Virus record (IMG/VR): IMGVR_UViG_3300049744_000074
From: an uncultured virus (IMG/VR IMGVR_UViG_3300049744_000074)
Taxonomy: Duplodnaviria; Heunggongvirae; Uroviricota; Caudoviricetes
Length of the DNA stretch: 20,000 nt
Direction: 5' to 3' (one strand)
Below, one piece after another: positions 14,398 through 20,000 of the stretch. Within the stretch, counting starts at the first letter, position 1. Every line of letters begins with the position of its first letter. The notes below the pieces were generated by a model that ran no database searches, was not told the origin of the DNA, and saw nothing but the letters and a program-made list of their open reading frames with translations. The position numbers and the translations under genes are program-made.

Positions 14398-15615
14398 ATG
14401 TCCAAACGCATGATCAGAGCGCGGGGTGCGGGCGACGGTGTGCTGAAACACCAGCCGCCGTCGCTCGGTTTCTGCACGGAAACCGGGTGCCTCGAATTTG
14501 CCCAGGTGTCCGATCCGGAATGCCCCGACACGCTCAAGTTCAAATGCGCGAAGCACGAGATCGCGGCCCGGGCCCGCGGCGAGACCGGGATCCGGGCGCC
14601 GGTGCTCAGCGAGTTCCAGGAGCTCGCCGGCAGCAACGCCCGCTTCAACGGCCAGATCTCGACCCCGGACAACCCGGCGCAAGTCTTCCGCACGCCGCCC
14701 GCCTGGGGCCGGCCGGTGGTGGAGCTCGACGACGCCGGCGGGCTGGTGCAGCGGTGGGAGACGGCGGCCGCCGCGGCCGAGGCCCTGGACGTGGCGCGGG
14801 CGGCGCTCTCGGAATCGCTGCGCAAGGGCTATCGCTCGGGCGGCCGCCGCGTCGCCTGGGAGGACGAGTGGAAGCGGTCCCGGGAACTATCAGCAGGAAA
14901 GGAGCCAGCATGTACAGCGGAACCGATACCGGCGGAGCTGGAGATCTCCCCACCGAGTGCAATCCCGAGCGAGGCAGTTACCGCGGAAGAGAATATGCCC
15001 TCTGGTTCAACGGACGTCACTGGATCGGAACCCTCAGCCCCACCGGGCAGGGATGGTCCGCCACCCGCGACGGATTGCTCACACTCATTCGATACGCCAT
15101 CGATCGAAGCAACGCCGGCGGAGTTGTCGGCGATTGACCCCCCACCCCCCCCCACCCCCAACCCCAAAAGGAAAGAGAGGATTCCCGTGAAACCACCCAA
15201 ACCCATCGAGGCGATCGACGAGGAGGGCAAGCGGCACGCGTTCCCCACCGCGATCGAGGCCGCCGCATTTACCGGCGTTGCCGCATCGGCGGCGCGCAAA
15301 TGCGCCCACACTGACGGCAAGTGGGTGAAGTGCCGCGCCACCGGCAAGCGCTGGACGTTCGCGTTCGTCGATGGGCAGGCGAGCAAGCAGGCGCTGGTGA
15401 AAGCCTCCGCGGAGACCCTGCGGGTGCGTGGGGAGCTGCCGGCGGCGCCGATGGCAGGGACGGAGCCGACGGGGCTGGGCCGAGCGCTGGCGGCGATCGC
15501 CGGCATGGCGGCGGGGCTGGCCGGGGGGGGCGTGGTGCTCTCGGACGTGCAGATCTCCGTCGACGGCGCGGGGATGCAGCTCAAGGTGGGGAAGATGGAG
15601 GCCCTCCGTGCCTGA
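14398..15615 (+). CDS. Protein with N-terminal Cys/His finger and two NUMOD1/IENR1-like HTH domains, no nuclease domain seen
   Basis: RPVVELDDAGGLVQRWETAAAAAEALDV and KPIEAIDEEGKRHAFPTAIEAAAFTGV; SD GGGAGG; in-frame GTG 15187 with its own SD-like GAGAGG. Confidence 0.6.
   Translation: MSKRMIRARGAGDGVLKHQPPSLGFCTETGCLEFAQVSDPECPDTLKFKCAKHEIAARARGETGIRAPVLSEFQELAGSNARFNGQISTPDNPAQVFRTPPAWGRPVVELDDAGGLVQRWETAAAAAEALDVARAALSESLRKGYRSGGRRVAWEDEWKRSRELSAGKEPACTAEPIPAELEISPPSAIPSEAVTAEENMPSGSTDVTGSEPSAPPGRDGPPPATDCSHSFDTPSIEATPAELSAIDPPPPPTPNPKRKERIPVKPPKPIEAIDEEGKRHAFPTAIEAAAFTGVAASAARKCAHTDGKWVKCRATGKRWTFAFVDGQASKQALVKASAETLRVRGELPAAPMAGTEPTGLGRALAAIAGMAAGLAGGGVVLSDVQISVDGAGMQLKVGKMEALRA
14910..15137 (+). 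CDS. Nested out-of-frame 75-aa protein within the NUMOD1-like gene
   Basis: SD AAAGGAG 5 nt before ATG 14910; aromatic-rich globular-looking product (GSYRGREYALWFNGRHWIG) where the host frame is a disordered P/S/T/E linker. Confidence 0.55.
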   Translation: MYSGTDTGGAGDLPTECNPERGSYRGREYALWFNGRHWIGTLSPTGQGWSATRDGLLTLIRYAIDRSNAGGVVGD

Positions 15616-15997
15616 GCAGCTGCAGAAAATCACCGCGGCGCCGTGGAAGTGGCAGTGCATCGGAATGGAAACGCTCTACCTGGCGACGCCGGACCGGGGG
15701 AAGCTGATCGTCATGGATGCCATGCCGCGGCGCGCGGCGGTGCGCTTTGCCCGGCGCACCGACGACATGGGCGGGATCCTGGTACCGGCGACGATCGCCA
15801 ACATCTACGAATTTCCCGACGCGCGGGCGATCGAGGCGGCGCCGGAGCTGGTGGCGATGGTGCGGCGTCTCTATGACCGCCTGTGCATCAACGAGCTGGT
15901 GGGCGTCTACGCCCGGCAGGGGGACTGGGTGAACCCGGAAGATGAGAAGGCCGCCAATGATGCCGTGGCGCTGCTGCGGCGCATTGAAGGCGCGTAA
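15608..15997 (+). CDS. Hypothetical phage early protein (T(P/A)xPW N-terminal motif, Ead/Ea22-like)
   Basis: SD GGAGG before GTG 15608; KITAAPWKW...DARAIEAAPEL pattern. Confidence 0.65.
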   Translation: MPEQLQKITAAPWKWQCIGMETLYLATPDRGKLIVMDAMPRRAAVRFARRTDDMGGILVPATIANIYEFPDARAIEAAPELVAMVRRLYDRLCINELVGVYARQGDWVNPEDEKAANDAVALLRRIEGA

Positions 15998-16017
15998 GAG
16001 TTGTTTTGAGGAATCCG

Positions 16018-16260
16018 ATGAAAGCGATGATCGAAAGCACGACTCAGATAGTCCAGCTCGTGGTGAATGGCCGCGAGGTCCCGGCGCGCATCTGGGAGGG
16101 CCACACCGAGGCGGGCGTGCCCTGCCATTTCTTTGTGACGCGCGTCGCCGTGGCCAATGAGGAGGACTCCTCCCAGTTCGCGGCGGAGCTCCAGGAACAC
16201 AAGCCGCCGACCCCGGCGGTGGCCAGGACCTACGCGGGCGATCCCCGGCTCATTTTGTGA
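16018..16260 (+). CDS. Conserved-looking hypothetical phage protein
   Basis: SD GAGGA before ATG 16018; IESTTQIV...VPARIWEGHTEAGVPCHFFVTRVAV. Confidence 0.75.
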   Translation: MKAMIESTTQIVQLVVNGREVPARIWEGHTEAGVPCHFFVTRVAVANEEDSSQFAAELQEHKPPTPAVARTYAGDPRLIL

Positions 16261-16269
16261 GGCGCGGCG

Positions 16270-16578
16270 ATGAGCGAGGACGCCCGCAAGCTCTTTCCGA
16301 TCCGCTGCGCCGGCAACCGCGTGGTGCAGTGGGCCTGCTTCCTGGTGGATGCGTTCCCGCCGCACGGCCGCGGCCTGGTGATGGTGGTGGCCACCGCCGG
16401 CAGCGTGCTGCGGCCGTACGTTGTGACGATGGCCGCCGGCGACGACACCTATCCGCGCAAGTGGCTGGCCGGCGCCGGCGGATTCACGGCCGACCAGGCC
16501 GACGCGATCATCCGCGCGGCCCGGGAAATGGAATCCTGGTACCAGACACGCGCGAGGGAGATACCGCCCCATGAATGA
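16270..16578 (+). CDS. Hypothetical phage protein
   Basis: GAGG before ATG; typical codon bias; overlaps the next gene. Confidence 0.65.
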   Translation: MSEDARKLFPIRCAGNRVVQWACFLVDAFPPHGRGLVMVVATAGSVLRPYVVTMAAGDDTYPRKWLAGAGGFTADQADAIIRAAREMESWYQTRAREIPPHE

Positions 16579-16849
16579 ACCGCGATACCTCAACTTGATG
16601 CAAATGGAGGTGGCGAAAATCATAAACGTGGCCATCACTGTGCGGCTTGCCCGGCGGGGCGAGACGCCGGATCGCCTCAGCGAGGAGGACGTGCGGAAGT
16701 GTATCGCGGAGATGGACGGGATTTTTGACCGGCTGAGGGGGAACCGTGCACCCGAGACATTGATGTCACCGGCGGACAAAGCGCTGGCCCTGGAATCAGC
16801 CCTGCGGCGCGCCGTGGAAATGATCGACGAAGCAGACAAGGAGACCTGA
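16571..16849 (+). CDS. Hypothetical helical protein, paralog of 17487-17747
   Basis: Overlapping start; C-terminal GN...MS..DK...E.ALRR....IDEA shared with the downstream gene. Confidence 0.7.
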   Translation: MNEPRYLNLMQMEVAKIINVAITVRLARRGETPDRLSEEDVRKCIAEMDGIFDRLRGNRAPETLMSPADKALALESALRRAVEMIDEADKET

Positions 16850-17490
16850 TGCAATTCATTACCCGTCCGCTGCAGCATTGGCCGCGGGCAGAAACCAGGA
16901 ACCGCCGGCGAAGCCCCTACGCGGTGGCCTACGACAAGACGCTCCGGGCGCTGGATCGCGAGATCCGGGCGATCGACGGCAAGGGAGATGTCATCCTGCA
17001 GCTGGACATCCGGGAGCACGAGATCAGCACCAAGGGCACGCCCTATGCCGACGCCCGGCCGCGGTCGCCGCGCGTGGCGATCGCGTTTGGCTGCAAGCAT
17101 GGCCCCCTCACGTACTACTGCGATCGCTTCCTGGACTGGCAGTCGAACGTGCGGGCGATCGGGCTGGGCCTGGAGCGGCTCCGCCTGGTTGCGGAGACCG
17201 GCATCACCGACCGCGGCGAGCAATACACCGGCTTCAAGGCGCTGCCGGCGGGGATCCAGCTGGGGCCGGGGAAGATGACGGTGGAGGAGGCGGCGCGGTT
17301 CATCGCCAAAGAGGGCGGCGCCCTGCGGACAGCGGAGAAGCTGCTCGCCAGCCGGGCAATCTTCGATGCGACCTACCGCAGCGCGGCGAAGCGGCTCCAT
17401 CCTGATGCCAGCGGCGTGCGCGCGGAGTGGGACGTGCTGCAGGAGGCGGCGCGGCTGCTGGAAGCGCATTTCACGGGAGGGCGGCCGTGA
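16849..17490 (+). CDS. Phage J-domain (DnaJ-like, C-terminal HPD) protein
   Basis: YRSAAKRLHPDASG...LQEAARLL J-domain core; upstream CDRFLDWQSNVRAIGLGLERLR...GEQYTGFKALP segment typical of phage J proteins; SD AAGGAG. Confidence 0.8.
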   Translation: MQFITRPLQHWPRAETRNRRRSPYAVAYDKTLRALDREIRAIDGKGDVILQLDIREHEISTKGTPYADARPRSPRVAIAFGCKHGPLTYYCDRFLDWQSNVRAIGLGLERLRLVAETGITDRGEQYTGFKALPAGIQLGPGKMTVEEAARFIAKEGGALRTAEKLLASRAIFDATYRSAAKRLHPDASGVRAEWDVLQEAARLLEAHFTGGRP

Positions 17491-17747
17491 ACACACGCGA
17501 TGGAATGGCGAGTGTGATGTCGTCGATCATCACGGGCGCGTATGTGGTGGTCAACCCAGAAGCGCCGGAGACTAGCTGGTCGCATCAATGCGCCGTTGAC
17601 GTCGTACGCATTTATCGCGGGGTCCAGGGGAACAAGCCCAGCGGTGCGAAGATGTCCGACGGCGACAAGCTGCTGATGATCGAGGCGGCGCTCCGCCGTG
17701 GGATCGCGATCATCGACGAGGCCCGCGCGGCCGGGAGGATCCCGTGA
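17487..17747 (+). CDS. Hypothetical helical protein, paralog of 16571-16849
   Basis: GTGA overlap, SD GGGAGG; shared C-terminal motif. Confidence 0.7.
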   Translation: MNTRDGMASVMSSIITGAYVVVNPEAPETSWSHQCAVDVVRIYRGVQGNKPSGAKMSDGDKLLMIEAALRRGIAIIDEARAAGRIP

Positions 17748-18115
17748 TGCTCGATGCGGAGATCCCCTGCGTCGTGGGCGCTGACCATGCCGGCCAGCGG
17801 CCCCACCGTCTGTCGATCGACGTCTTCGACAGCGGGGGCGAGGTTCCCTACCGGATCGAGGTGCTGACCGGCCGGCTCAAGCGCTACGGCGAAGTGTACG
17901 TCAAGGAGCGGGCGCCTTACCCCGTCGACCTCCAGTGGATCGGGGACCATCTGGGCCTCAACGGGGAAACCATCGCGTATTTCGTGGTCGGCGGCGGCGA
18001 CGTGATCCGGTGCGTGAGAGCGGATTCGCCCGCTGCCTGGTGGGACGTCGTGTCGACGCGCTGGGAGCAGCTGCCGGACGATTCGTGGCCCATACCGTGG
18101 AGTTTTACCAAATGA
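17744..18115 (+). CDS. Hypothetical phage protein
   Basis: GTGA overlap, SD GGGAGG, typical codon bias. Confidence 0.7.
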   Translation: MMLDAEIPCVVGADHAGQRPHRLSIDVFDSGGEVPYRIEVLTGRLKRYGEVYVKERAPYPVDLQWIGDHLGLNGETIAYFVVGGGDVIRCVRADSPAAWWDVVSTRWEQLPDDSWPIPWSFTK

Positions 18116-18495
18116 GTGAATTCCTCGACGGTCCGGCGGCCGGGGTGAAGCTGCAGCTGCGGCGGGCGCCCTTGCTGCTGCGCGTGGCGGGGAATCCCGC
18201 GGGCGGGTGGGATGCGCTGGATCAATTCGACGATCAGCCCAGGAAGGGGGAATCGCTGTACGTCTACATGCTCACCGAGCTGCCGCTGGTCTACCACCTG
18301 CTGGCGCGGGGCAAGGGCAAGGCGAAGGTCGGGGGCTGGTGGCAGCAGGGGAAATACCGGCTCCTGGATCCGCAGCCGGAGGCCGACGTGCTCTGGTTCA
18401 ACGAGGATTGGCGGCGCTGGTGCGCGGCAAACGGCCCGCGCCTGGAGCCGGAATGGTGGAAGCTCGAGCGCGAGAGGAGGGCCAGTGGTCAGTAA
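18112..18495 (+). CDS. Hypothetical phage protein
   Basis: ATGA overlap, GGAG upstream; FLDGPAAG...RRAPLLLRV...WDALDQFDDQP. Confidence 0.7.
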   Translation: MSEFLDGPAAGVKLQLRRAPLLLRVAGNPAGGWDALDQFDDQPRKGESLYVYMLTELPLVYHLLARGKGKAKVGGWWQQGKYRLLDPQPEADVLWFNEDWRRWCAANGPRLEPEWWKLERERRASGQ

Positions 18496-18709
18496 CGTGC
18501 CCGGCGCCGATCAATCGCCCGCCCCGCGGATTTTCGCGGAGTCGGACCTCTACACCGTGGCGGAAATCGCCGAGCGGCTCAAGTGCGGGACCGACACCGT
18601 CGACCGGAAGATGAAGGCCCACAAGGTCAAATGCATTCGGTTCGGCGCCAAGAAGTACCTGGGCCGGGATTTGAACCGCGTGCTTGAGGCGGAATGGCAG
18701 GGGGGTTAG
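18485..18709 (+). CDS. xis: Excisionase-like HTH protein (recombination directionality factor)
   Basis: SD AGGAGG; DLYTVAEIAERLKCGTDTVDRKMK...IRFGAKKYL; immediately upstream of the integrase. Start is 18485 or 18497. Confidence 0.7.
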   Translation: MVSNVPGADQSPAPRIFAESDLYTVAEIAERLKCGTDTVDRKMKAHKVKCIRFGAKKYLGRDLNRVLEAEWQGG

Positions 18710-18713
18710 CCTC

Positions 18714-20000
18714 ATGCCCGTGGAACCGATCGAACGACAGCCGGGGAAGTGGCTTTACGACTACCACGACGTCCACGGCAAGCGCCGCTGGGGGACGGCG
18801 GGCGACAAGTCGACGGCCCTGACCATCCAGGCGGAACGCGAGAAGGAATGGCGGCTGGTGCGCGAGGGGGTGCTCAAGCCCGAGCAGCTGCTGCGGTCGC
18901 GGGCGAGCGGGCGGCCGATCGAGGCGCAGATCCGCGAGTACGAGGAGCACCTCCGGGGCAAGCGGGTCGGCGACAAGCACCTGAAGAACTCGATCGACGC
19001 CCTGCGGCGGGTGGTGGGGTGGCTGGGGGCGGGCACGGCCGCGGCGATCGCCCTGGAACGCGTGGAGTCGCTGTTCAACCGCAAGATGGAGGGGGGGATG
19101 GGCCCGCGGATGCGGAATTTCTACGTCAAGCTGCTCAAGGCCTTCCTGGAGGAGATGGAGGACCGCAACCAGGTGCTGCGCAATCCCCTGCGGAAGATGC
19201 GCGCGATCAACGAGGAGGTCGACCAGCGGAACGTGAGCCGGCCGCTGACGCACGCGGAGTTTGACCAGCTGCTGGCGCCGCTGGCCATGCCAGCGCCGGA
19301 GGAAGGGAAGGAGCTGGTGGTGACGCCGCAGCTGCGGAGGCGGGCGGAGCGGCGGACGTTTTATCTGCTGGTGGCGCGGACGGGGATGCGGTGGGAGGAG
19401 GCGGGGCGGCTCTCCTGGAACGACCTGGACGCGGCCCGGTGGTGGCTGGAGGTGGGGGCTGGGCAGGCCAAGACCAAGCGCGGGGCGTCGCTGCCGGTGC
19501 CGACGGACCTGGTGGAGGCCCTGCAGGAATGGCGCAAGCTGGCGCCCGCGGGGGACGGGGTACTGTTCCCCTCGGGGGTGCCGACGCTCAAGACCTGGAA
19601 GCGGGACCTGGTGGCGGCCGGGCTGGTGCAGCTGCCGCCCGCGCAGAAATTCGCCAGCAAACAGCGCAAGAAAAAAGGGAAGGGGGAGGCGGCCGCCGGC
19701 TACGTCGACCGGTACGCGAAAACCAAGGAGCTCGCCGGCTACGCCGACAAGGACGGGTGCAAGCTGCATCGCAAGTGCCTGCGGCTGACCTTCGGGACCT
19801 GGCTCTATGAGGCGGGGGTGGACATCCGCGAGGCCCAGCGGCTCATGCGGCATGCGGACATCAACCTGACCAGCAAGATCTACACGCGGCCGCGTCTGGT
19901 GAACCTGCAGGCGGCGGCGGAGAAGGTGGCCGAGGCGAGGAAGCCGGCGGCCTATGGTCCTTCAGCACCGGGCACAAACCAGGCGAAAAATTCAGCGTAA
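18714..20000 (+). CDS. int: Tyrosine recombinase / phage integrase
   Basis: Catalytic motifs TGMRWEE (R), AKTKR (K), RKCLRLTF (K in place of H in HxxR), MRHAD (H), KIYT (Y); N-terminal arm-binding and SAM-like regions; stop at 19998-20000. Confidence 0.93.
   Translation: MPVEPIERQPGKWLYDYHDVHGKRRWGTAGDKSTALTIQAEREKEWRLVREGVLKPEQLLRSRASGRPIEAQIREYEEHLRGKRVGDKHLKNSIDALRRVVGWLGAGTAAAIALERVESLFNRKMEGGMGPRMRNFYVKLLKAFLEEMEDRNQVLRNPLRKMRAINEEVDQRNVSRPLTHAEFDQLLAPLAMPAPEEGKELVVTPQLRRRAERRTFYLLVARTGMRWEEAGRLSWNDLDAARWWLEVGAGQAKTKRGASLPVPTDLVEALQEWRKLAPAGDGVLFPSGVPTLKTWKRDLVAAGLVQLPPAQKFASKQRKKKGKGEAAAGYVDRYAKTKELAGYADKDGCKLHRKCLRLTFGTWLYEAGVDIREAQRLMRHADINLTSKIYTRPRLVNLQAAAEKVAEARKPAAYGPSAPGTNQAKNSA

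Noticed and set aside
9882..15530. G/C homopolymer runs (e.g. 9882-9890, 12093-12100, about 15140-15165, 15523-15530) as phase-variation sites
   Set aside because: All lie in intact frames encoding Gly/Pro runs, which is expected at this GC content; no frameshifted gene was seen.
14398..15615. Homing endonuclease or intron
   Set aside because: NUMOD1-like domains are present, but no HNH or GIY-YIG motif and no interrupted host gene were seen.
7967..19853. Long minus-strand ORFs (7967-9301, 8896-9945, 12775-14199, 15907-17496, 18627-19853)
   Set aside because: Antisense shadows of well-supported, translationally coupled plus-strand genes in a GC-rich genome.
19940..20000. att site or tRNA at the integrase end
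   Set aside because: No tRNA-like sequence or matching direct repeat is visible inside the window.

Overview
High-GC window covering the right-hand part of a temperate phage/prophage. The integrase C-terminus (MRHADINLTSKIYT) resembles Planctomycetota-type integrases, but that host assignment is only an inference. Left: the 3' 6 kb of a giant polyvalent/virion-ejection-type protein with a zeta-toxin-like P-loop domain, then a holin-like gene and a small exported 'moron' gene. Centre: a divergent pair of ribbon-helix-helix (RHH) regulators with a clear promoter and operator repeats. Right: a long rightward early operon with Zn-finger proteins, an Acb2/Tad1-like hairpin protein, a replication-initiator-like gene with internal iterons, a ParB-family protein, a NUMOD1-like protein, a J-domain protein, an excisionase and a tyrosine integrase that ends exactly at the window edge. 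The most unusual signal is repeated gene overprinting. Two small +1-frame ORFs, with a candidate promoter, RBSs and a switch in codon bias, are nested in the giant gene directly behind the zeta-like domain and are candidate hidden antitoxin/immunity genes. There is also a nested gene inside the NUMOD1-like ORF and an antisense ORF over the repressor tail. All family assignments come from motif recognition by eye, not database searches.
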